The notes: generated by a model not told the origin, from the letters alone. 64,000 bases of DNA from Ignavibacteriota bacterium (GCA_003142475.1 PLMK01000042.1:131586-195585), one strand, 5' to 3'. Counted from the first letter of the stretch, positions 39,797 to 49,493 are shown. Translations and numbers: made by a program.

Positions 39797-41815
39797 ATGC
39801 GTGCTTTTTTATTTATCTTATTCAGCATTGCCATTGCATCTCTTGCCAGCGCGCAAGAACAGTTAATATCAGATACATCAGATGTTTGGGAAGACAGTTA
39901 TTGGGAAAAGATATTGGAAACTGCCGTACAATCCGATGAAAATTCTACCATTGCCGAAGAAACAACTCAGCTTGAAGACGATCCACTTAATCTCAATACA
40001 GCTTCAGTAGAAGAACTACATCGAATTCCCGCAATATCAAATCTTATTGTTTCCAGGATTATTGATAGACGTAAACGCGAACGATTTACTTCTATAGATG
40101 AACTATTAGAGATCGAAGGAATGACACCGGAATTGCTTTCCTTCATTCGCAGGTTTGTGAGAATTGGAAGGATGAAGAAGGGTCCCAGCCTCAGTGCATC
40201 TTTTCTCAGCAGAACATCAACAGAAATTGAAGAGCGGCAAGGATTTATCAATGGCGCGTATCCCGGCACGCCGATAAAAATACTAAATCGATTTCATCTT
40301 TCAATCGGTAAGAATAAATCACCTTTATCATCCTCGGTTTCTGAATTGGAAGTTGGTGTGCTGACTGAAAAAGATCCCGGTGAACGAAGCATTACAAATT
40401 TCTCAACCTATTTCGCTGGCTTTTCCATCCCGTCAATCTCAACGCATTTTATAATTGGAGATTATCAAATGGAAGCCGCAGAGGGATTGATCTTCTGGAG
40501 TTCATCAGCGTTCGGAAAAGGAAGTGACGTTATTACGCCAGTAAGGAAAAATGGCGGCGGAATTCACCCGTACCTTTCATCTGATGAGAATTCTTTCTTC
40601 CGCGGTATCAGTGCTTCGATTGATTTAGACAAATTGCAGGTCCAAGTTATGTATTCCAACAAAACACTTAATGCAACAATAGATTCGCTCGGAAATATCT
40701 CGTCTCTATACAGCAGTGGATTATTCCGTACCGAAAGTGAACAACGCAAACAGAACTCATCACGAGAGACACTAATCGGATGCCGTGCAGTTACATATCT
40801 TTTAGATGGATTGAAGATTGGAGGTACCTGTTATCGTACTCGATTTGTGAATCCGTTCATGCTCATAGGCAATAATGGCGAAAGTGCATCTGAATTATGG
40901 ATGGAAGGAATGGATCTTTCTTTCACAAGCAAAAATATAGATGTGTTTTCAGAATGCGCTATTGATCGCGCAAACGCACTTGCTGTCATTGCAGGAATAA
41001 CTTATGAACCTGCTGCAATGCTTGCCTTGACAATTACTGCCAGGGATTATCCTTCTGCATTCCAAAGCATCCACGGAAATGCTTTTGGTGAGTTATCCGG
41101 ACAAGTGCAAAATGAGAGTGGTGTGTATGTCGGAATTCGAACGCAGCCCATGAAAGGATTGTGCATATCAACGTACTACGATCAGTTTGAACATTCTCAG
41201 CCGACGTATTTGATTCCAACGCCATCGCATGGCAACGATTTCCTTGCACTTGCAGAATATAACCTAACGGAACAATTTGAAATTGCATTTCGGTTCAAGA
41301 GAAAAGATTCGCCGTCTGCAATTTATGAAAATGATTTATACACAAGAATAGTTCAGCAGACAATTCCGAGAGTCCAGCACAATTATAGGCTGACAGGTGA
41401 ATTCGCATCGTCTCCATCGTTACGTTTATCAAGCAGAGTCGAATGGGTGACAGTTGACTACGGCGGAATACAGAGTGCAGAACAGGGGATGCTGATGTCT
41501 CAAGAAATTAAATGGAATTTATTTTATTCGCTGACAGCACAAGCACGACTTGCTATCTTTGAGACGGACTCCTACGATTCCGCAATTTACGAATTTGAAG
41601 ATGAAGTCCCTGGGGCGTACTCAAATCCCGCTCTCTATGGACGCGGCATGCGCTGGTATTGTATTTTGCGTTATCAGGTCTTTTCAAAAATGTATGTTGC
41701 TGCGAAGTATGCACAAACGGTTAAAGAAGGCGTTAAGTCAATAGGCACCGGCAATGATGAAATTAGTGGAGACAGCCAAAGCATTGTAAGCATACAATTA
41801 GAGGTTCGATTCTGA
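39797..41815 (+). CDS. ComEA-type helix-hairpin-helix protein with C-terminal beta-barrel
   Basis: Signal peptide, LNLNTASVEEL..IP HhH, EKDPGE, C-terminal Phe. Confidence 0.8.
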   Translation: MRAFLFILFSIAIASLASAQEQLISDTSDVWEDSYWEKILETAVQSDENSTIAEETTQLEDDPLNLNTASVEELHRIPAISNLIVSRIIDRRKRERFTSIDELLEIEGMTPELLSFIRRFVRIGRMKKGPSLSASFLSRTSTEIEERQGFINGAYPGTPIKILNRFHLSIGKNKSPLSSSVSELEVGVLTEKDPGERSITNFSTYFAGFSIPSISTHFIIGDYQMEAAEGLIFWSSSAFGKGSDVITPVRKNGGGIHPYLSSDENSFFRGISASIDLDKLQVQVMYSNKTLNATIDSLGNISSLYSSGLFRTESEQRKQNSSRETLIGCRAVTYLLDGLKIGGTCYRTRFVNPFMLIGNNGESASELWMEGMDLSFTSKNIDVFSECAIDRANALAVIAGITYEPAAMLALTITARDYPSAFQSIHGNAFGELSGQVQNESGVYVGIRTQPMKGLCISTYYDQFEHSQPTYLIPTPSHGNDFLALAEYNLTEQFEIAFRFKRKDSPSAIYENDLYTRIVQQTIPRVQHNYRLTGEFASSPSLRLSSRVEWVTVDYGGIQSAEQGMLMSQEIKWNLFYSLTAQARLAIFETDSYDSAIYEFEDEVPGAYSNPALYGRGMRWYCILRYQVFSKMYVAAKYAQTVKEGVKSIGTGNDEISGDSQSIVSIQLEVRF

Positions 41816-42082
41816 CGCCTTGTGATAGCTTTTTTATTAGTCGTTCTTTTTTTTATCTTGATACAAAAGATCAATAAATGTGATTGATTGACATTTCGGG
41901 GAATTGCAGATAATGATTTTAATCGTCGTTTTTCTTCAAAGTACTTTGGTTCTTAATAATAAACTTTTCAGTATGAACTTGTTTCGTCATCTACATTTTG
42001 ATAATATTCAGCATAGTGGCTTAGCCGCCATCCGTTAGGCGGCATTTTCTATGACATTGTGTAGAATTATGGGAGATTTGAG

Positions 42083-42451
42083 ATGCCCGACGTGAAGTTT
42101 GAAGATCATGGTAATAAAAAAATACTTCTCATAGATTTTTCAAATGCCAAAGACAGTCAAGGTATTGTTGATACAGCAGAAGAAGTCATGCGGCTTGTTC
42201 GCTCGATCAATCAGCAACGGTCAATTCGTGGAATGCTTGATCTTTCTGGTACACCCTTGAATAAAGTCGTCAGAGAGACTATGAGAAAAATGTCTAAGAA
42301 CAATGGACCATATATGAAATTAGTTGCTTTTGTTGGGCTTGGCATCCTTTTATCTCCTTTGTTCAAGGTACTGTTATTTGTGAGCGGGAAATCAAATCAC
42401 AGAGTGTTCAGTACAAGACACGATGCATTCGATTGGTTAGTCGGGAACTAA
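42083..42451 (+). CDS. Cassette ORF: STAS/SEC14-like (SpoIIAA-like) protein
   Basis: ILLIDFS..MLDLS..AFVG..VF....AFDWL pattern. Confidence 0.7.
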   Translation: MPDVKFEDHGNKKILLIDFSNAKDSQGIVDTAEEVMRLVRSINQQRSIRGMLDLSGTPLNKVVRETMRKMSKNNGPYMKLVAFVGLGILLSPLFKVLLFVSGKSNHRVFSTRHDAFDWLVGN

Positions 42452-42465
42452 AAAATAGAAATGCC

Positions 42466-42665
42466 GCCTACCCAGGCGCTCAAGTGGCGCCGGAAGCGCT
42501 ATGGCGCCTAAAGCGCTCATTCGGCTTATCCAAAAGAATGAATCACGCGAAGCGTGATACTAACATTATTTAAAAATGGTGAATGAATTTGGTTCGTTTT
42601 GTGTATATTGTGCGCCAAAGGCGCAAAAGTTATCAGCGTGGCAGCTTAGCGCCCGTCCGATAGGC
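42466..42665 (+). repeat. attC site (200 bp)
   Basis: R'' GCCTACC, L'' gcgctcaag, L' gcttagcgc, R' GATAGGC. Confidence 0.8.
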
Positions 42666-42672
42666 AGCTATT

Positions 42673-43080
42673 ATGAAAACACAAATGACAAAGCAGATTA
42701 TCTACAATTTTGTTGAGGCAATCAACGAACATAACGTTGACAAAATCTGTTCGCTCATGACAGACGATCATAAATTCATTGATTCTCAGGGCAACGAAGC
42801 TGTAGGTAAAGAGCAAATGAGGGCAGGATGGATTGGATACTTTCAATTGTTTCCCGATTATAAAGTCGAAATTACAGAATTGTTTTTTAATGGAAACACT
42901 GCTGCAGTGTTTGGTTTTGCAGGCGGCACATTTCAAGGATTGAGTGATAAGAAGGAAAATTATTGGTATCTGCCTGCTTCGTGGAAAGCGATTACCAAGG
43001 ATGGAAAAATTCATTTGTGGCAAGTTTATGCTGATTCAAAAATTCCTTATGACATTATCAATGCAAGCAAAACACAATAG
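42673..43080 (+). CDS. Cassette ORF: NTF2/SnoaL-like protein
   Basis: FVEAINEHNV..LMTDDH, WIGYFQLFPDY and WQVYAD segments. Confidence 0.85.
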   Translation: MKTQMTKQIIYNFVEAINEHNVDKICSLMTDDHKFIDSQGNEAVGKEQMRAGWIGYFQLFPDYKVEITELFFNGNTAAVFGFAGGTFQGLSDKKENYWYLPASWKAITKDGKIHLWQVYADSKIPYDIINASKTQ

Positions 43081-43082
43081 CT

Positions 43083-43230
43083 GCCTACTCAGGCGCTCAC
43101 TCGGCTTGTCCAAAAGAATGAATCACGCGAAGCGTGATACTAATATTATTTAAGAATGGTGAATGAATTTGGTTCGTTATCAAAATATTGATAGTTATCA
43201 GCGCCGCAACTTAGCGCCCGTACGTTAGGC
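43083..43230 (+). repeat. attC site (148 bp)
   Basis: R'' GCCTACT, L' cttagcgc, R' GTTAGGC. Confidence 0.8.
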
Positions 43231-43268
43231 AGCAAAACGTTCTTCAACAAATACAGGAGGATAATCCA

Positions 43269-43625
43269 ATGGGTGCTTTTACTCTTCTTTCGATGATACC
43301 GTGGGATACAATCTTCAAATACAGTCCGATTATTGTTGAAGCTGGCCAAAAGATTTTCAACAGTGTCAACAAATATTTCGGGAATACTTTGAAAGAAAGC
43401 GGCAAACCCAAAAAGGCTTCATTAGAACAATTAGATAAAAGAATAAAACTCTTAGAACAAAATGAACTTGAACAAGCGGATCTGATTGAAAAAATTGCTG
43501 TTCAGATAAACGAACTATCTATCGCCGCCAAGATTATTTCAAATAGAACATTGCTTGCACTTTCTATTTCATCTTTGTCGTTGGTTATCTCACTTGTTTT
43601 ACTTGTGATAAGAGTAGTAAGATAA
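43269..43625 (+). CDS. Cassette ORF: coiled-coil protein with C-terminal TM
   Basis: AGGAGG SD; IPW N-terminus, heptad region, hydrophobic tail. Confidence 0.75.
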   Translation: MGAFTLLSMIPWDTIFKYSPIIVEAGQKIFNSVNKYFGNTLKESGKPKKASLEQLDKRIKLLEQNELEQADLIEKIAVQINELSIAAKIISNRTLLALSISSLSLVISLVLLVIRVVR

Positions 43626-43635
43626 TCGTTGTGCT

Positions 43636-43835
43636 GCCTATCCAGGTACTCCAGCTCGGCTTGTCCAGAAGAATGAATCACGCGAAGCGTGATACTAACA
43701 TTATTTAAAAATAGTGAATGAATTTGGTTCGTTATCAAAATATTGAAAGTTATCAGTGCGTCCGTTCCACATTTCAGGTGCAATGCAATCGCTTAGCGTT
43801 AAGAACGCAACAGACTTTGCACCTGTCCATTAGGC
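43636..43835 (+). repeat. attC site (200 bp, degenerate)
   Basis: R'' GCCTATC, shared interior, R' ATTAGGC. Confidence 0.72.
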
Positions 43836-43868
43836 AACCATGAGGAATATTTTTTTAGGAGCTCTAAA

Positions 43869-44243
43869 ATGTTAACAACACTACTCTTATTCGGCGGACT
43901 TTATTGTTTCGCATTTTCAGTATTTCATATTCTTTTTTGGAAGATCTTTCGTTGGCGTCAGGATTTGCACCGACTTTCACCAACGAATCGTGCTATCATG
44001 CAGATTCTTAACATGCGATTGATCTATATTTTTGTGTTTTTTGGTGTCATATCAATTGTCTTTCAGAACGAACTTCTGTTCACGGCATTTGGTAGATTCG
44101 TTATCATTGTTATTGCGGTGTTCTGGTTCATGCGAGCAATTGAACAGGTCATGTTCTTTGGTATCAAGAATTATGTTTCATTCGCATTATTTATTGTATT
44201 CCTTTTAGGTGGTGGACTCTATGCGTTGCTATTAATTGCATAA
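43869..44243 (+). CDS. Cassette ORF: four-TM membrane protein
   Basis: FHILFWKIFRW..NRAIMQILN..FWFMRAIEQ. Confidence 0.78.
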   Translation: MLTTLLLFGGLYCFAFSVFHILFWKIFRWRQDLHRLSPTNRAIMQILNMRLIYIFVFFGVISIVFQNELLFTAFGRFVIIVIAVFWFMRAIEQVMFFGIKNYVSFALFIVFLLGGGLYALLLIA

Positions 44244-44326
44244 TAGAGTATGCTCGACTAACCGGGTGTTCTACAAAGTGGTTTGGCAAAGCCATCGCTT
44301 GGCATAGAGCGCTATGGTGTCGAAGG

Positions 44327-44576
44327 ATCACATTTCGAACGCTAAAATCTTACTATGAGAATGAACATGCTACGGCTTACCCGGCTAACCCTTAGTTTTA
44401 GTAAAAAGTTAGAGAAACACAAAGCCGCTATTGTATTACATTTCTTTCATTATAACTTTATGCGTATCCATCAAACGCTTAGAGTAACACCGGCAATGCA
44501 AGCATGTGTATCAAATCACATTGGGAACTGGCAGGAATTCTTAGGAATCGCAAAAACAGCAAGAAAGGCGGCATAA
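44327..44576 (+). pseudogene. IS1-family DDE transposase C-terminal remnant
   Basis: SHFER*NLTMRMN..RLT..FSKK..HYNFMRIHQTLRVTPAM with an in-frame stop; N-terminus missing. Confidence 0.8.
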
Positions 44577-44809
44577 ATAACAACTAATAAATAGAATTGA
44601 CCAGTCCAATAATACAATTGCAGCTTTTTTCCGTCAAAATAGGAGGTATATTGGTGGCATGTTTTTGGTGGTTAAGATATAATAATATTACATAATAGGA
44701 GGGGTAATAATTTGACAAAACTTAATTTTTTATTACCTTGCGTAGCAACCTACCCGCCTCATAAGATGGTAAATGAAACTAAATAATCGTCTCAAACGTT
44801 TTATTTAGT

Positions 44810-45148
44810 ATGGAAAAAGAACAAATGGCAAAAAAACAAATTGCGCTAAGAATAATCGGACAAAAAAAGGGCAGCATCTATATAGCTGTTTGCCTTGAAA
44901 CCGATATCTTTATTCAAGCCTCTTCCGTTCCAGAAATAAAGAGAAAAATGGCAGATGCTCTTACGGCGTACTTTAAATCATTTAGTTCAGACGAGATAGA
45001 ACAAGGTGTCTTTTTTAGAAAAGCACCTATGAAGTATCGGATTGGTTGGCATTTATTGACGGTTGTTAGTTTTACAGGTAAAATTTTAAAATCAATAAAC
45101 TTTAATGCCAATTACGATCCATACTCCCAACATCTAAAGCTTGCCTAA
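44810..45148 (+). CDS. hicB: HicB-like antitoxin (no DNA-binding tail evident)
   Basis: YIAVCLETDIFIQASSVPEIK..DAL..Y pattern; overlaps hicA. Confidence 0.6.
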   Translation: MEKEQMAKKQIALRIIGQKKGSIYIAVCLETDIFIQASSVPEIKRKMADALTAYFKSFSSDEIEQGVFFRKAPMKYRIGWHLLTVVSFTGKILKSINFNANYDPYSQHLKLA

Positions 45149-45437
45149 ACAATATCCGCCCTTAACCCCTGAAGAAGTATTGGCAATTTTAAAAGTGCAG
45201 GGCTTTACATTGGACAATACTGTCGGTAGCCATGCGAACCATGTCGGTTATACCAACGACATTAAAAGAAGAGTCACGGTAGACCTAAAGATCAAAGGCT
45301 ACTCTCCAGAGTTGATGAAAAGCATGATAAGGCAGAGCGGTTTATCCCGTGAAGATTTTTATTGTTCAACCAAAAAAACAGCTGTAAAAATTAATATGAG
45401 AAAAAAGGTTATTAAGACTGAGATTGCCCCAAAGTAA
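45141..45437 (+). CDS. hicA: HicA family toxin (mRNA interferase)
   Basis: EVLAILK..GF....GSH..RVTV..MIRQSGL. Confidence 0.82.
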   Translation: MPKQYPPLTPEEVLAILKVQGFTLDNTVGSHANHVGYTNDIKRRVTVDLKIKGYSPELMKSMIRQSGLSREDFYCSTKKTAVKINMRKKVIKTEIAPK

Positions 45438-45654
45438 AACATCTGTTCATTCCCTCTTTTCCCTGTCTCAAAAGACCCCACTACTAACTTTTTTAGGCGC
45501 TTGCAATTAAAACGAAATTGGTAGACATTTGAACGTTCATTAATATTTTAAACTTATCAAATAATCATTTTTAATCACTTATAATCTGATTTTCCATATT
45601 CACCTTTTGGAAACCAGACAAGAAAAACGACCAAACCATAATATCGGAATTTCA

Positions 45655-47364
45655 ATGAAGCGCACACCAAAGTTAAACAAAGTTCCTCATATCGATTCCA
45701 TTCAGGATATGGTGATTAAATCAGCAGGCAAGCATGGTGACAAACTCGCACTCGAGGATTTAAAAGATACACCTATTCCAAAAGTCAGTTACAATACATT
45801 ATTGAAGTACGTGCTTAAATTTGGAACAGCACTACACAACCTCAAATTGCCAGAGCGGAGCCATATCGCCGTCATTTCTGAAAACCGTGTGCAATGGTGC
45901 TTGACATATCTTACGTCGATGTGTTTTAATTACGTCATCGTCCCAATCGATGCGAAACTCAGCACCAACGAAATTCTCAACATCATCCACGAATCAGATA
46001 CCAATGTCATTGTATTTTCCGAATCCTTCGATTCAATGCTGCGCGAGAAGCGCCATTCACTAAAGCATATTAAATATTTTATAAGTATGGATTTGCTAAC
46101 GAAGAAAGACGGCTTTCTTTCAATGATCGAGTTGATCAATAACAGCCAGGGGTGTACTGTGGATGCTTTGCCACGGATAGATGCACGAGAATTGGCAGTA
46201 ATCATTTTTACTTCAGGTACACTCGGCAGAGCGAAAGGTGTCATGCTCAGTCAGCGGAATCTCGCTGCTAATCTCATCGCCATGGTCAGTATGATGATGA
46301 TCTATCCAGAAGATCGCTTCCTTTCTGTTCTCCCCATTCATCATACGTACGAATGCACGTGTGGATTTCTCTGTCCGTTATATTCCGGCGCATCGGTACA
46401 CTATGCTCGTTCACTCAAAACAGTGGTGGACGATCTTCAACAAGTGAAGGCAACGATGCTTCTCAGCGTACCGCTTATGTTTGATAAAATGTTCAAGCGC
46501 GTATATCAGGCAATTCATGAAAAACGCTTAACATCGATCATTGTACCGCCGCTGATTAAAATAACAGACTTCGCTGCGCGTTTTGGTTGGAAGAGCTCCA
46601 AGAAACTTGTTTTCGCTGAAATCCACAAACGCTTCGGCGGGCATATTCGCGCATTCATTGCCGGTGGAGCCGCTCCTGATCCAATGGTTGCAAAAGGGCT
46701 TCGCGATCTCGGCTTTACATTCGTGCAAGGATACGGCCTAACGGAAACATCTCCTATTCTCGCATTGAACCAGCTTGAGAATTTCAAAGATGATGCCGCC
46801 GGACTTCCGCTTCCCGGTGTTGAATTGAAGATTCATTCACCTAATGAAGATGGTGTCGGCGAGGTGTGGGCAAAAGGGACAAATGTAATGATTGGTTTAT
46901 ATAAAAATGAAAAAGCGACTCGTGAAGCATTTGAAGACAGCTGGTTTATGACCGGTGATCTCGGCTCTATCGATGAAGACGGCTTCCTTCACATTTGCGG
47001 GCGGAAGAAAAATGTAATCATTTCACGAAGTGGAAAAAATGTTTTCCCTGAGGAAATTGAAGACACTCTGCAGCGCAGTCCGTACATTCAGGAGTGCCTT
47101 GTCTACGGTGAAGATGATCCGAAATTAGATGAAATTATTTCGGCACAAATTGTTGTCGATGCGGAAGCGTTCATAGAGTTGTCAGAAGCTCGCGGTGTGC
47201 CAATCACTCCGGAACTTATCAACGACATAATAGCAGGTGAAGTAAAAAGGGCAAATGCCGAACTGACCAGCTTCAAACAGATTAAGAAATTCACAATCCG
47301 TGAATTAGAATTTGAGAAAACGACGACACAAAAGATCAAACGGTATCTAGCGCTGCCGAAGTAA
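45655..47364 (+). CDS. Long-chain acyl-CoA synthetase (AMP-binding)
   Basis: FTSGTLGRAKG, QGYGLTETSP and TGDLG..GRKK motifs; track start 45607. Confidence 0.92.
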   Translation: MKRTPKLNKVPHIDSIQDMVIKSAGKHGDKLALEDLKDTPIPKVSYNTLLKYVLKFGTALHNLKLPERSHIAVISENRVQWCLTYLTSMCFNYVIVPIDAKLSTNEILNIIHESDTNVIVFSESFDSMLREKRHSLKHIKYFISMDLLTKKDGFLSMIELINNSQGCTVDALPRIDARELAVIIFTSGTLGRAKGVMLSQRNLAANLIAMVSMMMIYPEDRFLSVLPIHHTYECTCGFLCPLYSGASVHYARSLKTVVDDLQQVKATMLLSVPLMFDKMFKRVYQAIHEKRLTSIIVPPLIKITDFAARFGWKSSKKLVFAEIHKRFGGHIRAFIAGGAAPDPMVAKGLRDLGFTFVQGYGLTETSPILALNQLENFKDDAAGLPLPGVELKIHSPNEDGVGEVWAKGTNVMIGLYKNEKATREAFEDSWFMTGDLGSIDEDGFLHICGRKKNVIISRSGKNVFPEEIEDTLQRSPYIQECLVYGEDDPKLDEIISAQIVVDAEAFIELSEARGVPITPELINDIIAGEVKRANAELTSFKQIKKFTIRELEFEKTTTQKIKRYLALPK

Positions 47365-47406
47365 ACCATACGCGATTTATCGTAGTCAGATAACCATCGG
47401 TAAATC

Positions 47407-48567
47407 ATGTCCTCTCCTCAAAAATATATAGCTCATTTAGATCTTGACTGCTTTTTTGTCTCTGTCGAACGGATCAAGAATCCGGAACTTATTGGGAAAT
47501 CAGTTGTTGTCGGTGGGAGCGCAGCCGGGCGAGGTGTCGTGGCATCGGCCTCATACGAAGCACGCAAGTTTGGTATTCATTCTGCCATGCCTACGGCACG
47601 AGCGCAGCGGCTTTGTCCAAATCTTATCGTCGTGCATGGAAGTCATGGCGAATACGGACGCATCTCGAAGAAACTTTATGAACGGATGTGCGAACTTGCA
47701 CCTGTAGTCGAACGCGCATCTATTGATGAAATGAATATGGATTTTACAGGATGTGAAAATCTCTACCATAATGATCTGCCCGGTTTCATGAAGACGATTC
47801 AGAAACTTGTGCTAGATGAATTCAAGCTTCCTTGTACCATAGGTCTCGCCTCCAACAAAACCATCGCAAAGATCGCAGTGAACCAGGTAAAACCCGTCGG
47901 TATTGTTTTCGTTCCTCACGGAACGGAAGCTGCATATCTTGCACCTCTGGATATCGGCGTCATTCCTGGTGTCGGTAAGAAAACAGAAGAATATTTGCGG
48001 GAAAAGGGATTCCATAAAGTTTCCGATATACAACAAAGAACGGAAAAAGAAATTCTGGACATTTTAGGCAAGCATGGATTATGGATATACAATGTAGCAT
48101 TCGGGCACGGTTCCGATGTGATCGGCGACGATTGGGACGCAAAAAGTATTTCGCGCGAAGAGACATTTGCCAACGATATATCAAATAGAAAAGAATTAGA
48201 GAAAACGATTTTTGAATTGACCGAAGATGTCTGTCAGAAACTCCGTGAATATGGATGGAAAGCACACACTATTACACTGAAGCTCCGTACTTCCGATTTC
48301 AAGACAATCAGCCGGGCGAAGAGCGTCGCACCAACTAATGACGATACTGTAGTTTCTCGCACGGCAAAAGAACTTCTTCAATCCTCCTATACAGGAAAAC
48401 TACCGGTTCGGCTAATTGGAGTACGGCTTTCCAATTTCGATGAAGAAGATCAACTTCAATTATCCCTCTCCCCTACTAATAAAAAGAAGCAAGACATTCT
48501 AAGAGTTGTCGACAAAATCCGTAAAAAATTCGGCGACAAAATAATCCATCTAGGAGGGCAAGAGTAG
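47407..48567 (+). CDS. dinB: DNA polymerase IV
   Basis: HLDLDCFFVSVE, SYEAR and SIDE motifs. Confidence 0.95.
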   Translation: MSSPQKYIAHLDLDCFFVSVERIKNPELIGKSVVVGGSAAGRGVVASASYEARKFGIHSAMPTARAQRLCPNLIVVHGSHGEYGRISKKLYERMCELAPVVERASIDEMNMDFTGCENLYHNDLPGFMKTIQKLVLDEFKLPCTIGLASNKTIAKIAVNQVKPVGIVFVPHGTEAAYLAPLDIGVIPGVGKKTEEYLREKGFHKVSDIQQRTEKEILDILGKHGLWIYNVAFGHGSDVIGDDWDAKSISREETFANDISNRKELEKTIFELTEDVCQKLREYGWKAHTITLKLRTSDFKTISRAKSVAPTNDDTVVSRTAKELLQSSYTGKLPVRLIGVRLSNFDEEDQLQLSLSPTNKKKQDILRVVDKIRKKFGDKIIHLGGQE

Positions 48568-48638
48568 AAACATTCAATTGAACATCTCTACAAAAAACGA
48601 ATTTTGGCTTCCACTCAACAAAATCGTATCTTAAATAT

Positions 48639-49493
48639 ATGGCACGATTCAAACTTACAATTGAATATGAAGGCACGCGTTTCAGCGGCTGGCAGGTGCA
48701 AAAAAACGCGCGAACAGTGCAGGGCGAAATCAACGATGCAATAGGCAAAGTCTTCGGTACTCATGGATTCGAGTTCTACGGCTCAGGCCGCACAGACGCC
48801 GGCGTCCACGCGTTGCAGCAGGTAGCGCATCTCGACATCAAAACAGTGCTCGCACCGGAAATCATCCGGATGAAATTAAACGACGAACTCCCCGCCGATA
48901 TCAACATTATCGAAATTGAAAAAGCCAGCAATGAATTTCATGCGCGGCACGATGCAATGGCACGAAGCTATTTGTACCAAATTTCGCGGCGGCGGACAGC
49001 GTTCGGCAAGCGATTTGTCTGGTGGATAAAAGACCCGCTCGATATCGTAAAGATGCGCGAGACGGCAGAGATGTTTATCGGACTCAAAGATTTTCAATCC
49101 TTCACCGCCGACGAACCTGAAGAAAAATCCACAAAAGTGCATATCAATTCGATTGATGTGCAGCAAGCTGGAGACTTAATTCTCATTCGTATCGTTGGAT
49201 CGCATTTTATCTGGAAAATGGTCCGGCAAATCATCGGCGTGCTGGCAGAAGTCGGACGCGGCAAGATGCCATTAAATGACGTTAAGAAATTTCTCCACGC
49301 CAAATCGGACGAGCCGGCAAAGCTTACCGCTCCGCCATCTGGTTTGTTCCTCGAGCGTGTCTATTATAAAGGCGATATCTGGTTGAAAGATATAAAACCG
49401 ATGATGGAAATTTCCACAGGCAGAAAAGTGCACTCAGTCAAACAACAAGAAATTCAGAACGCCGAACAACCGATTAAGCACCTGAAACATTAA
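48639..49493 (+). CDS. truA: tRNA pseudouridine(38-40) synthase
   Basis: YEGTRFSGWQ, GRTDAGVHA, FHAR and MVR motifs. Confidence 0.95.
   Translation: MARFKLTIEYEGTRFSGWQVQKNARTVQGEINDAIGKVFGTHGFEFYGSGRTDAGVHALQQVAHLDIKTVLAPEIIRMKLNDELPADINIIEIEKASNEFHARHDAMARSYLYQISRRRTAFGKRFVWWIKDPLDIVKMRETAEMFIGLKDFQSFTADEPEEKSTKVHINSIDVQQAGDLILIRIVGSHFIWKMVRQIIGVLAEVGRGKMPLNDVKKFLHAKSDEPAKLTAPPSGLFLERVYYKGDIWLKDIKPMMEISTGRKVHSVKQQEIQNAEQPIKHLKH

Larger units (their letters stand above)
42017..44270 (+). mobile_element. Integron gene-cassette array 2 without integrase (CALIN), four cassettes
   Basis: Half attC at 42017-42040, three long attC sites and a truncated one; each cassette 5' end is complementary to its own R'' end. 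Confidence 0.85.

Noticed and set aside
42466..43835. CRISPR interpretation of the intergenic direct repeats
   Set aside because: Repeats are 150-200 bp, separated by whole genes, and no cas genes are present; attC fits better.
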